Part shown: positions 51,929 through 64,000 of the stretch, piece after piece
How the letters are laid out: every line of letters starts with the position of its first letter
How positions within the stretch are numbered: position 1 is the first letter of the stretch
Assembly: GCF_963921235.1 (NCBI RefSeq)
Contig: NC_086097.1
Location: 145,144,001-145,208,000, forward strand
Reading direction: 5' to 3'
DNA length: 64,000 nt
From: Mobula hypostoma
Lineage: Eukaryota
Notes under the pieces: generated by a model
What the model was told of the DNA's origin: nothing
The model's database searches: none
The model's input: only the letters and a program-made list of their open reading frames with translations
Made by a program: the position numbers and the translations under genes

Positions 51929-52699
51929 AGATCTTGTACATCCTAGCCCACTGAGAGGGCAACCACCAGCAATGGTGACACAGTGAAGTACTTCAGGAAA
52001 GGAGTGGGTTAAGGAGTTTTCCAAAGTGATTCCATTAGTCATTGACTCATGGATCAGATCAAACACAAGAAAAGAAATCCTCTGATAACTACTCACTATG
52101 ACCTGATGAATCAGTACTTTTCTCGTTGCATGACAAAGCACTGAGGTTAGCAAAAGCTCAGAAGATACTCTGTGTTGGGTATGTCAGTATTTATCGCCTG
52201 ATCTAGCTTCATACACCAGCGCTCATCCAACTGGCTAAGGTCAGAGGAACCAGTCAACCAGGAGAATGCAGAATAGAAACAGAATGATTACATTCTACAG
52301 AAAGAAGACCTCCAGCCCCTTATAGTTCTCTCTTTTTTTGTCTCCTCTATTGGAGCAATTCACTGGATCCACATGAACTCTTTCTCCAGTAGCATTGCAA
52401 ATTTTTCTCTACTGTGTGTATTTATGCAATTTCATCTTGAAGTTTGTAATGAATGCTGCTTCGATCACATCGACAGATGGTACATTCCATATTCCAACTA
52501 CACACCCAATAAAATCATTTCCTTAGGTCATCATAATTTTCTTTGCCCTTATTTTGTATTTGTGACTTCTAATCCTTGAGCCCTCCACCATCATTCCACC
52601 ATCCACTCAAAGAACAGAACATACTGCAGTTCAACAGAAGACCCGGCCCTTCTGGTCACCAGGCCTACACCAAACAAGACGCCAATCCAACTAATCAGG

Positions 52700-53300
52700 G
52701 AGAAATAGAGCATAGGAGCAGGCTTTTCGTCCCAAGCCAATTCTGATGCCACCAAACAAGTGTCGTTTGCCTGCGTTTGGCCCATTTCTTTCTAAACCCC
52801 TTTTATCCATGTACTTATCCAGAGTACATTTCCTGTTTCCTACCTACTCGTTTGTATAACTAAATGTCTCTTAAACATTGCTAATTATATCTTCTGCCAC
52901 TTCCTTTGCCAGCATGTGTGCTCTCTGAAGGTGCTTATATACCTAATATCCTGCAATCCTGGCAACGTGCTGGTGAACCTCATCTGAACCCTCTCCAAAG
53001 TCACCACATATTTCTTTGGGTGTGGCAACTGAAACTACACACAGCACATGAAATGTGACCTAGTTAAACTTTGTACAGCTGCAACATGACTTCCTAACTT
53101 TTACAGTCAATGCCCCAACCACTGTGTGTGAGTATGCTGTATGTTTGCCTGTCCACTTATGTTACGACCTTCGGGCAACTACGAACCTGCACCCCAAGTT
53201 ACCTCTGTACTCCAGTACTCCTAAGCATTCTATCATTAATTGAGATCTTCAAATTTTCCCATTGTAACTACCTGCTAGTTTGTGCATTTCTCTGTAATTT
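52700..53300 (-). mobile_element. Degraded CR1 3' fragments
   Basis: CR1 3' UTR-like start and caatcctggcaac...tggtgaacctc segment. Confidence 0.55.
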
Positions 53301-53342
53301 CAGTACATATTTGCTTCCCTAGATCTTTCCCACTCATTAGTG

Positions 53343-53657
53343 ACGGCAGCTTAGCAGTTAGCCCAACGCTTTACAATGCCAGCCTTAAGAATGGGATTCG
53401 ATTCCCTGCCTCTGTCTGTAAGGAGTTTGTACTTGCTCCCTGTGACTACGTGAGTTTACTTTGGGTGCACCAGTTTCTTCCCACATTCCAAAGATGTACG
53501 GTTAGGGTTACTGAGTTGTGGGCATATGATATTGGCGTGAAAGGGTGGCAAAACTAACAGCCTGACCGCAAAATCCTCACTGATTTGATTTGACACATAC
53601 AACGCATTTCACTGTATGTTTCGATGTACTTGTGACAAATAAAGATAATCTTTAATC
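53343..53657 (+). mobile_element. V-SINE with a non-CR1 (Rex1-like) tail
   Basis: B-box-like ggattcgattccc; V-domain tgtctgtaaggagtttgtac...ccagtttcttcccacattccaaagatgtac; tail atgtacttgtgacaaataaagataatctttaatc. Confidence 0.7.
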
Positions 53658-54204
53658 ATTCAGTTTCTGTTTTTGAACACTATCAATGAAGACCGCTACC
53701 CTTCATTTCTTTCCTTCACTTCCTCTGTCCTCTGTCCATCCAGAAGTATTTAATGCTCAGTCCTGTCTGAGCCGTGTTTCTGCTATCACTGTGATATCAT
53801 ATTTCCATGTAATTATTTGTGCCTGCAGTTCACCAACATTATTTACCACATATTCTACATTCATTTACATGTACAGTAAAATAAATTAATTGTCCTTTCA
53901 TTTCTATTTTCATTGATGCTGACCAAATCCAGTGCGAATTGTGAAACCCCTTTTCTTTCCAGGTGTCTCAGGAAATGGCACGTTGGCCCTCACTGGCAGT
54001 CTCCCAACTCAGTGCCAAGGAACACACATTCTCTGGCCTCGTGGGTCTAGGGTATATACACTCCAGTCCCGCCAAGTCCGTGAGATTGGGATGACTCGCC
54101 CAGCCAAGCCCCTGTCTGTGTGAAAGCTGTCTGATTTGCTGCTTGTTACAGCTCATCACAGAAAATAACAGATCACACACTGCATACAATTAAAAGAGGT
54201 ATAA

Positions 54205-57088
54205 ACGGTGTAAAGACAGTAAGGTAGAAGGGCTGAAGTGTGTGTACCTCAATGCAAGAAGCATCAGGAACAAAGGTGATGAACTGAGAGCTTGGATACA
54301 TACATGGAATTATGATGTAGTGGCCATTACAGAGACTTGGCTGGCACCAGGGCAGGAATGGATTCTCAATATTCCTGGATTTCAGTGCTTTAAAAGGGAT
54401 AGAGAGGGCGGAAAAAGGGGAGGAGGGGTGGCATTACTGGTCAGGGATACTATTACAGCTACAGAAAGGGTGGGTAATGTAGCAGGATCCTCTTTTGAGT
54501 CAATATGGGTGGAAGTCAGGAACAGGAAGGGAGCAGTTACTCTACTGGGAGTATTCTATAGGCCCCCTGGTAGCAGCAGAGATACAGAGGAGCAGATTGG
54601 GAGGCAGATTTTGGAAAGGTGCAAAAATAACAGGGTTGTTATCATGGGTGACTTTAACTTCCCTAATATTGATTGGCACCTGATTAGTTCCAAGGGTTTA
54701 GATGGGGCAGAGTTTGTTAAGTGTGTCCAGGATGGATTCCTGTCACAGTATGTGGACAGGCCGACCAGGGGGAATGCCATACTAGATCTAGTACTAGGTA
54801 ATGAACCGGGTCAGGTCACAGATCTCTCAGTGGGTGAGCATCTGGGGGACAGTGACCACCGCTCCCTGGCCTTTATAATTATCATGGAAAAGGATAGAAT
54901 CAAAGAGGATAGGAAAATTTTTAATTGGGGAAAGGCAAATTATGAGGCTATAAGGCTAGAACTTGCAGGTGTGAATTGGGATGATGTTTTTGCAGGGAAA
55001 TGTACTATGGACATGTGGTCGATGTTTAGAGATCTCTTGCAGGATGTAAGGAATAAATTTGTCCCGGTGAGGAAGATGAAGAATGGTAGGGTGAAGGAAC
55101 CATGGGTGACAAGTGAGGTGGAAAATCTAGTCAGGTGGAAGAAGGCAGCACACATGAGGTTTAGGAAGCAAGGATCAGATGGGTCTATTGAGGAATATAG
55201 GGAAGCAAGAAAGGAGCTTAAGAAGGGGCTGAGAAGAGCAAGAAGGGGGCATGAGAAGGCCTTGGCGAGTAGGGTAAAGGAAAATCCCAAGGCATTCTTT
55301 AATTATGTGAAGAAAAAAAGGATGACAGGAGTGAAGGTAGGACAGATTAGAGATAAAGGTGGGAAGATGTGCCTGGAGGCTGTGGAAGTGAGCGAGGTCA
55401 TCAATGAATACTTCTCTTCGGTATTCACCAATGAAAGGGAACTTGATGATGGTGAGGACAATATGAGTGAGGTTGATGTTCTGGAGCATGTTGATATTAA
55501 GGGAGAGGAGGTGTTGGAGTTGTTAAAATACATTAGGACAGATAAGTCCCCGGGGCCTGACGGAATATTCCCCAGGCTGCTCCACGAGGCGAGAGAAGAG
55601 ATTGCTGAGCATCTGGCTAGGATCTTTATATCTTCGTTGTCCATGGGAATGGTACCGGAGGATTGGAGGGAGGCGAATATTGTTCCCTTGTTCAAAAAAG
55701 GTAGTAGGGATAGTCCGGGTAATTATAGACCAGTGAGCCTTACATCTGTGGTGGGAAAGCTGTTGGAAAAGATTCTTAGAGATAGGATCTATAGGCATTT
55801 AGAGAATCATGGTCTGATCAGGAACAGTCAGCATGGCTTTGTGAAGGGCAGATCGTGTCTAACAAGCCTGATAGAGTTCTTTGAGGAGGTGACCAGGCAT
55901 ATAGATGAGGGTAGTGCAGTGGATGTGATTTATATGGATTTTAGTAAGGCATTTGACAAGGTTCCACACGGTAGGCTTATTCAGAAAGTTAGAAGGCATG
56001 GGATCCAGGGAAGTTTGCCAGGTAGATTCAGAATTGGCTTGCCTGCAGAAGGCAGAAGGTGGTGGTGGAGAGAGTACATTCAGATTGGAGGATTGTGACC
56101 AGTGGTGTCCCACAAGGATCTGTTCTGTGACCTCTACTTTTCGTGATTTTTATTAACGATCTGGATGTCGGGGTAGAAGGGTGGGTTGGCAAGTTTGCAG
56201 ACAACACAAAGGTTGGTGGTGTTGTGGATGGTGTAGAGGATTGTCAAAGATTGCAGAGAGACATTGATAGGGTGCAGAAGTGGGCTGAGAAGTGGCAGAT
56301 GGAGTTCAACCCAGAGAAGTGTGAGGTGGTACACTTTGGAAGGACAAACTCCAAGGCAGAGTACAAAGTAAATGGCAGGATACTTGGTAGTGTGGAGGAG
56401 CAGAGGGATCTCGGGGTACATGTCCACAGATCCCTGAAAGTTGCCTCACAGGTGGATAGGGTAGTTAAGAAAGCTTATGGGGTGTTAGCTTTCATAAGTC
56501 AAGGGATAGAGTTTAAGAGTCACGATGTAATGATGCAGCTCTATAAAACTCTGGTTAGGCCACACTTGGAGTACTGTGTCCAGTTCTGGTCACCTCACTA
56601 TAGGAAGGATGTGGAAGCATTGGAAAAGGTACAGAGGAGATTTACCAGGATGCTGCCTGGTTTAGAAAGTATGCATTATGATCAGAGATTAAGGGAGCTA
56701 GGGCTTTACTCTTTGGAGAGAAGAAGGATGAGAGGAGACGTGATAGAGGTATACAAGATAATAAGAGGAATAGATAGAGTGGATAGCCAGCGCCTCTTCC
56801 CCAGGGCACCACTGCTCAATACAAGAGGACATGGCTTTAAGGTAAGGGGTGGGAAGTTCAAGGGAGATATTAGAGGAAGGTTTTTTACTCAGAGAGTGGT
56901 TGGTGCGTGGAATGCACTGCCTGAGTCAGTGGTGGAGGCAGATACACTAGTGAAGTTTAAGAGACTACTAGACAGGTATATGGAGGAATCTAAGGTAAGG
57001 GCTTATATGGGAGGTAGGGTTTAAGGGTCGGCACAACATTGTGGGCTGAAGGGCCTGTACTGTGCTGTACTATTTTATGTTCTATGTA
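54205..57088 (+). mobile_element. CR1 (subfamily D) with near-complete ORF2, one frameshift near 56015 and a stop at about 56128
   Basis: 618-aa and 293-aa ORFs cover APE and RT; FADD appears as FADN; CR1 3' tail. Confidence 0.95.
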
Positions 57089-57792
57089 TACTTATGAATC
57101 TTAACTAAAGAGTTAGTAGACAAAAGAAAGAAAAAAAACAAAAAAAAACCGTTATAATTAAACAGTCAAATGTGCACAGGTTAGAGCTCAAATCTTCCAA
57201 TATTCATATTCACCAATCCCCAGTAGAATTCCGTACATTCACTCCATTGAGTCACGGTCCCCACTGGATCGAATCCTATGACTGGTTCTCTCCAGTGTCT
57301 TATCTCTTCATCTCCTGCCGACCCAAGACAAAGACTCCCACCAGCCTTCCTTGTTCCTTCAGTGTTTTGTGCGTGTTACTCTGGATTTCCAGCATCTGCA
57401 GAATCTTTTGTGTTAGTTTCTTTTCTCTCCTTTCTAATTCTACCCTGAGATTCCCAACCCTACCAAACCCTAAACCCTCTTCATCAGCACAAACAAACTT
57501 CCCTATGTAGATAGTTGTCATATTCATGATAAAAGATGCTTCAATACACGAGTGTAATCGAGAACAGAATGAGTGTTATTCTGGATAAATAAAACACAAT
57601 AAAAATAAAGAACCCAAAAAACAATAAATATAAATATAAAATAAATCTTGTAAAACTCAATGTACAAATAACTGTTATCCGCACTTGGTGTCCACTTTAT
57701 TAGGTACACCTGTGTACCCACTCATTAATGTAAATATCTAATCAGCAAATCATGTGGTGGCAACTCAGTGCAAAAAAAAACATGCAGACATG

Positions 57793-58102
57793 AAACATAG
57801 AAAGAGAAAACATTCAGCACAATACAGGCCCTTCGGCCCACAAAGCTGTGCTAAACATGTCCCTACCTTAGAACTACCTAGGCTTTACCCATAGCCCTCT
57901 ACTTTTCTAAGCTCCATGTAGCCATCCAGGAGTCCCTTAAAAGACCCTATAATTTCCACCTCCACCACCGGCAGCCCATTCCACGCACTCACCACCCTCT
58001 GCGTAAAAAACTTACCCCTGACATCTCCTCTGTACCTACTTTCAAGCACCTTAAAACTATGCCCTCTTGTGCTAGCCAATTCAGCCCTGGGGAAAAGCCT
58101 CT
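57793..58102 (-). mobile_element. CR1 subfamily B 3' end with 6-bp TSD
   Basis: gacatg at 57787-57792 and 58103-58108; matches 14537-14855. Confidence 0.88.
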
Positions 58103-58427
58103 GACATGGTCAAAAGGTTCAGTTGTTGGTCAAATCAAACATCAGGATGAAGAAGAAATGCAATCTATGTGCCTTTGGCTGTGGAACAATTGTTGGTGTC
58201 TGACGGTCTGGTCCAGTGAGCGACAGTTCTGTGGGTGAAAATGTTTTGTTAGTGAGAGAGAAAAGAGGAAAATGACCAGACTTGATCAAACTAACAGAAA
58301 GGTGACAGTAACTCAAATAACCACGCATTACAAGAGTTCACATTGAACATTGAAGTGGATGGGCCATAGCAACAGAAGACAACCAACATCCATTCAGTGC
58401 ATAATTAAGAATAAGGTGCAGGAGGTA

Positions 58428-60420
58428 ATATCATCCTGCCTGCCTTGCCTCATTTGGGATCTTGGAGGACTGATAAGTTGCTAATATTGTTCCATTATTC
58501 AAGAAGGAAGCCAGGGATGACTGTAGAAAATATACAGCAGTGAGTCTCATGTCAGTGGTAGAGAAGTTACTGCAGAAAATTCTTGGGGATAGAATTTTTC
58601 TTTTTAAATCTTTTTATTGAATTAGTACACAAAAGGTAAACCATGTAGAAAATAATACACTGTTGTAATATAAATTTACAAGAGATATTAATACACAAAA
58701 AAAATTAGTACAAACAGTGCAATTTAGATATAAAATAACAAGGTAATATAATAGTATACTAATTTTCCATACATATCAATAAAGAGAAGAAAAAAACCCC
58801 AAAAAAACCCCCAAAAAAAACCCACCGTGCAACTAATCTAAAAAGCAAAGTAAAGCAATGGGCTAACTAGGTATCAAGTAGACTTAAACAACTTAAAACA
58901 ATCACGTCCTCAAACCCGACCTCCATTAAAAACATTTTAAAAAAAGCAAGAAGGTAATGTAAATATGGGCAAAGAGAGAAAAAAAAATTACATTAAATGA
59001 AAATGTTGAATAAAAGATCTCCAGGTCTGTTCAAATTTAACTGAAGTATCATAAAGATTACTTCTGATTTTCTCCAAATTTAAACATAGTATCGTCTGAG
59101 AAAACCAAAAGAACATAGTTGGGGCATTAATCTCCTTCCAATGTTGTAAAATACATCTTTTCACCATTAGAATTTATGAGCATTTCGAAAACCATGGCCG
59201 AATTAGGGAGAACCAGCATGGCTTTGTGCAGGGAAAGTTGTGTATTACTAACTTGTTTGAGTTTTTGACGAGGCAACAAGGTAATTGATGAAAGTACAGC
59301 TGTGGATGTTGTCTACATGGATTTTAGTAAGGTGTTTCACAAAGTCACTCACAAGAGACTCATCCAGAAGATTAAGTTGCCTGCGATCCATGGTGAATTG
59401 GCCGTTTGGAATCAGAACAGGCTTGCCCACAAAAGGTAGTGATTGAAGGGACTTATTCTAGCTAAAGGTCTGTGATTAGTGGTGTTTGGTAGGCATCAGT
59501 GCTGGGACCTCTGATGTTTGTGCTGTACAGTATATAAATGAAATGGATGGAAATGTAGATGGGTGGGTTAGTAATATAGATCAGTTGCAGATATGTGCAG
59601 AGAAATGGCAGATGGAGTTTAACCAGGCAGATAGAGTTTAACCAAGCTAAATGTGAAGTTTTGCAACTTGGCAGATCAAATGTAAAGAGATAGTACATTG
59701 TTAAGGGCAAGATGTTTAACAGTGTTGATGAGCAGAGGGATCTTGGGGTCCAAAGTCAAAGCTCCCCGTAAGTGGTTACACAGGTTGATAGGTTGGTTAA
59801 GAAGGCAAATGGCATGCTTGCCTTTGTTAGCCAAGACACTGAGTTCAAAAGTCAGCAAGTTATGTTGCAACTTTATAAAACTCTAGTTAGGCTGCGTCTA
59901 GAGTATTGGTTACAGTTCCAAACATCCCATTATAGGAAGGATGTCGAAGGTATGGAGAAGGTGCAGAAGAGGTTCACCAGGATGCTGTCTACATTAGAAG
60001 GACTAGACTAGCTTGGGTCCTTTTCTCTGGAGAGGCAGAGGAGAGATCTGATCGAGGTTTTTAAGATTATGAGTAGAATAGATGGAGTAGATAGACAGTA
60101 TCTTTTTCCCAAGGTCGAAATGTCTAATATAAGAGGGCATGCATTTAAGGTAATTTCAAAGGAGATGTGAGGGGCAAGCTCTTAACACGGAGAGTGGCAG
60201 GCCCTGGAATGCACTGCCTGGAGTGTTGGTAGAGGCAGATACACAGGGACTTCTAAGAGATGTCTACATTGGCCCATGAATGTGAGGAAATTGGAAGGGT
60301 ATGGATATTGAGTAGTCAGAAGAGGTTAGTTTAGTTGGCCATTTGATTACTAATTTAATTGGTTCAGCACAACATTATGGGCTGAAGGGACTTGTTCCTG
60401 TGCTGTTCTGTTCCTTGTTC
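58428..60420 (+). mobile_element. Degraded CR1 ORF2 3' part
   Basis: VANIVPLFKKE, VYMDFSKVF, VKKANGMLAFV; CR1 tail gttctgttccttgttc. Confidence 0.85.
58598..59167 (-). mobile_element. L1/Tx1-like 3' end with 8-bp TSD
   Basis: tagaattt at 58590-58597 and 59168-59175; KRCILQHWKEINAPTMFFWFSQTILCLNLEKIRS is homologous to the 23555-24094 ORF; tail aataaaaagatttaaaaagaa. Confidence 0.85.
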
Positions 60421-60479
60421 TAATAAAGTTGCCACTGAGTGTACTTGACATAGGTGATGTGTACATAGTAGTGGTAGGT

Positions 60480-60790
60480 GGTGGGTGAGGTCATGGGTGA
60501 TAGTGTTGATCACCCTGACGGTTTGGGGGAAGTAAATATTTCTGAGTCCAGTGATCCTGGCATGGACGCTGCATGTGCTGATGGGAGTGGAGCAGGCAGG
60601 ATGGGTGGAATCCTTCATCATATTGCTGGCCTTTTCCTGGCACCTTTCTGTATAAAGGCCCTGGACAGCGGGTAGACTGGTGCAGGTGGTGTGTTGGGCA
60701 GTTTCAACTTCCCTGCAGCGCAGTTTCCACACCACACAGTGAGGCAGCATGGTAGAATGCTGACCACTGTGCACCTTGTTGAAGTTCAAA
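60480..60790 (-). mobile_element. Rex1-like 3' remnant
   Basis: TAQHTTCTSLPAVQGLYTERCQEKASNMMKDSTHP...LRNIYFPQTV. Confidence 0.7.
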
Positions 60791-60949
60791 CCATCTGGTT
60801 TATTGATGTTCCATCTCTATCAGAAACAGCCCCATACACCTGAGGATCCAAAGCCTTCCTTCCTACACCCTTGGTGATTTCATTTGCTTTAGCTAGCTAT
60901 TTCACTTTCACTAACTAATGCATAGCTCTGGGAGTATCCTGAAATTGCT

Positions 60950-61400
60950 TCCATTGAAGTCCTGCTTTGAAGCTTCGTAAAATACTACAGGACTCTACCA
61001 CCCTATGATGCTGGTGCTGATCTGAACCATAACTTTGGGCTGTTTACCTTCCCTTTGAAGATGATCTGCATCCATTCAGTGATATTCTTGACTCTGGCAT
61101 TAGGGAAGTAATGCACCATGCTGAAATCACATCTGCAATCATAGGAAAGCTTGTCTGTCCCTCTATTAGACCCCTATATTTATTTTTTCCCTAATTTTTC
61201 CTTAATTTTTTCTAATTTTTCTTCCTTCCCGCATGCACAGCTCTGTCACTCCCTTGACGAATTGATCCCACCATCAAAATTCAAAAAGGAAAATTTGTTT
61301 GTAGGCACGATGTACTGAGAGGACTCCTGTGCAAACAGCTTGTTTACCTGGTGGTCACCCATTCCCTCTTTAGCTGCACAGACCTAAACTGTAACATGAC
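60950..61400 (-). mobile_element. Degraded CR1 ORF1 (esterase) remnant
   Basis: MVHYFPNARVKNITE resembles the CR1 ORF1 VCCLPGARVRDV motif. Confidence 0.5.
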
Positions 61401-61724
61401 CAGTTTGATAAAGCTGCAGCAGACAAAGTTCTCAGCTGTTGGTGACAAAGTCCTGCTTTCACGCTGAGACTACTCTCACATACATTGCATGGCACTAACG
61501 CTGTGCTAATGGGACAGATGCAGAACGGAGAGACCACTGCAAATCTAGGCATCCCTGAGGTAATATGGACCTTCATCACAAAGGGATTCTACGCCTCCAA
61601 AATCCGTAACTTCCTTGTCCAGGAAAGCTCTCACTCGAACATGACCACTGAGTGGATGAGGTGGGTAAAAGGCATGGCAGGAACAGCAGGCACATCTTAA
61701 CATTAGAAGCCAGGACTATAAGCA

Positions 61725-62176
61725 CATCAGAATAAGGTTTTTTATCAATGCCTCATATGACGTGAATCTTGTTGTTTTGCAGCAGTCGTACTGTGCAAAG
61801 ACAGAAAATTACTATAAATCATAAAATAAATGAACAGTGGAGAAAAAAAACAATGAGACAGTGTTGAAGGGTTCCATGACCATTCATAAATCTGATGGCA
61901 GAGGGGAAGAAGCTATTCATGAATCGTTGAGTGTGGATCTTTGGGGGCCTGTACCTCCTCACTGATGATAGTACTGAGAAGAAGGCATGTCCCAGATGGT
62001 GCGTCTTTTTAATAATAGATGCCGACTTCATGAGGCATCGCCTTTTGGAGATGTCTCAATGGCAGGGAGGATTGTGCCGTGACAAAGCTGGCCGAGTTAC
62101 AACTCTGCAGTCTCCTGCTGTCCTGTGCAATGGAGGCTCCATATCTGGTTGTGATACAGCCAGTCAGAATTCTCTC
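61725..62176 (-). mobile_element. Rex1-like 3' fragment, cut off by the Gypsy LTR
   Basis: ERILTGCITTRYG...HTQRFMNSFFPSAI. Confidence 0.8.
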
Positions 62177-64000
62177 TGTGATGTGTGGATCTATTGATCT
62201 GTTGTCTACGCATGCAGATTGTTCTCCCTCTTTCTCGCTGCAATGTGAGTACACCAGTTAAAGCCATCTCCCATGTACGAGCTATTATTTAATATATATG
62301 TAGTTGTGCAGACACCACAAATTGGCGACGAGTATGAACCTGAATGTCAGAGAATATCACCAACTGCACCAACAGTTACAGGACAAAAAAACGAAAGTTA
62401 AAAAGCATGAGGATGCCATCACAGATGCTAACAAACGCACAAGTACAGTGTATAGTAACAGTGAAAGAAGTGCTGAATTTAAAGTGAAAATAATGTGGCG
62501 ATGGCTTCAATCAGGAAAGCTTACAAATTTGATAGTGCTAATGAAGACTGGAAGTTGTATATTTAAAAGTTTGAACTCTTTTGTAATATAAGCAATATGG
62601 AGGAGCAAAAAAAAAGCCCCTCTCCTTCTTAGCCTAATGGGCCCAAGAACACAGTCTCTTATGTAACCTTGTAGCCCCTGAAAAGCCAGCAAGCAAGACG
62701 TTCAACGAAATTGTTACAGTTTTACAAAATCGTTTGAGCCCTAAACCAATAGCTGAGAGATTTTGATTTTACAAAAGGAACCTGTCAAAAGATGAAAGCC
62801 TTTCTAAATACATTGCAGAACTGCGCAAACTTTTCCAGTACTGTGACTTTGGAGATAAACATTCTGATGCATTAAGAGATGAGCTTGTATGTGGCACGCA
62901 TAGCCATACTGGCAGAAAGTGACCTAACCTTAAAACAGGCAATGACCTTTGCAATATCGTTAGAGACTGCAGCAGAGGGTGCAACAGAACTACAGAAGAA
63001 GCGCTTAGTATGTAAAATGCATAAAATCTCCCTGAATGGTGCAAAAACCCATTATCAATGTGGCAAATCCTTCCATGATGCAAATGACCATTGGTTCAAA
63101 GAATAAGTCTGCATAAAGTGTCACAGACAAGGTCACATAGAGAGAGTGGGCAAGGCAAAACCGTGTGAAAAGTCTCAAACACAAAACTAAGCAAATGCAT
63201 AAAGTTAGCAAATGTACAACAGAATCAGACAACACAGAGTCTGACAAAGGTGAACTGTCATGCCTAGAACTGCATAGTATAACTGAAGCAGGTCACAAAA
63301 TCATCTGGATTAAAATAGTTGTGTCTGGTGTAAAACTGAAAATGGAGCTGGATACAATGTCAGCTTTGTCCATAATTCCAGAGGCTGACTACAACAGACT
63401 GTTTTCTAAAATACCATTAGAGAAGACCTCAGTGATGCTAAAACTTACACAGTAGTAAATGTATCTCCTAAAGGCAAATGTGACATATCAAGGTGCAACA
63501 GCTTTATGTATTGAAAAGTGGAGGGCTAACATTTTTCAGACGTGAATGGTTGAGAAAAATCCAACTAGAATGGCACTCAGTCAAAGCTCTCGGTCTAACA
63601 TCAACAGGCAATGGCAGCTCAAATGGCAGAGAAGTGTTTGAGAAGGGGATTGGTAAACTGAAAGGCATGAAGGCCAAAATTGAACTGGATGAAACGGCAA
63701 CACCGAAATTCCATAAAGTGCGCCCAGTGCCCTACGCAAAACGTCCTAAAGTGGATACCGAACTGCGGAGCTTGGAGGCATCTGGAATTCTCTCCAAAAT
63801 TGAGTAGAGTGATTGGGCCACGCCCATTGTCCCAGTGATCAAGGAAGTGAAGGTCAAAGCCATTCACATGCGTGGGGATTTCAAAGAGAGCATCAACCTA
63901 TTGTTACGTACTGTGCAGTATCCCCAGCCGGGAATAGAAGACATTTTTGCATCTTTGACAGGCAGGGAGAGGTTTCCAAAGATTGACTTGTCACAAGCCT
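62177..64000 (+). mobile_element. Degraded Ty3/Gypsy (Mag-like) element: short 5' LTR (~62177-62319), PBS, gag-protease-RT pseudogene; runs off the window
   Basis: TGTGATGT...ACACCACA ends; PBS TGGCGACGAG at 62323-62332 (tRNA-Ser-type); YIAELRKLFQYCDFG, KMELDTMSALSII, WATPIVPVIK, GDFK, KIDLSQA; many stops. Confidence 0.85.

Larger units (their letters stand above)
57682..60441 (+). mobile_element. Tc1-like non-autonomous DNA transposon expanded by nested LINE insertions
   Basis: Left TIR cacttggtgtccactttatta (57682-57702) matches the reverse complement of 60421-60441 at 17/21, followed by TA; transposase N-terminal remnant MKKKCNL...GTIVGV and RKMTRLDQTNRKVTVTQITTHY at about 58146-58330. 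Confidence 0.7.

Overview
Eukaryotic, repeat-dominated window (intergenic or deep intronic). I recognise no host protein-coding exon, rRNA, tRNA or CRISPR array. The repeat repertoire is typical of a cartilaginous fish, probably a ray (inference): several CR1 LINE subfamilies, Rex1/Babar-like LINEs, RTE, L1/Tx1-like, HERO-like (RLE), Penelope-like with hammerhead motifs, V-SINE/HE1 and Deu-SINE remnants, a Tc1-like derivative and two Ty3/Gypsy elements. Nearly all long ORFs in the track are TE proteins or their antisense shadows. Highlights: (1) a very young Gmr1-type LTR element (28259-33080) with one open 959-aa frame in which SCAN-Gag and protease look intact but integrase, RT and RNase H survive only as in-frame fragments; (2) a 102-bp TSD-flanked insert that is essentially a Penelope minimal hammerhead plus tail; (3) a TSD-flanked CR1 3' end joined to about 730 bp of non-CR1 DNA; (4) a fold-back inverted duplication inside a CR1; (5) a ~600-bp non-coding mobile family present twice; (6) several nested insertion stacks resolved by their TSDs. 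All family names come from recognising motifs by eye, not from database searches.
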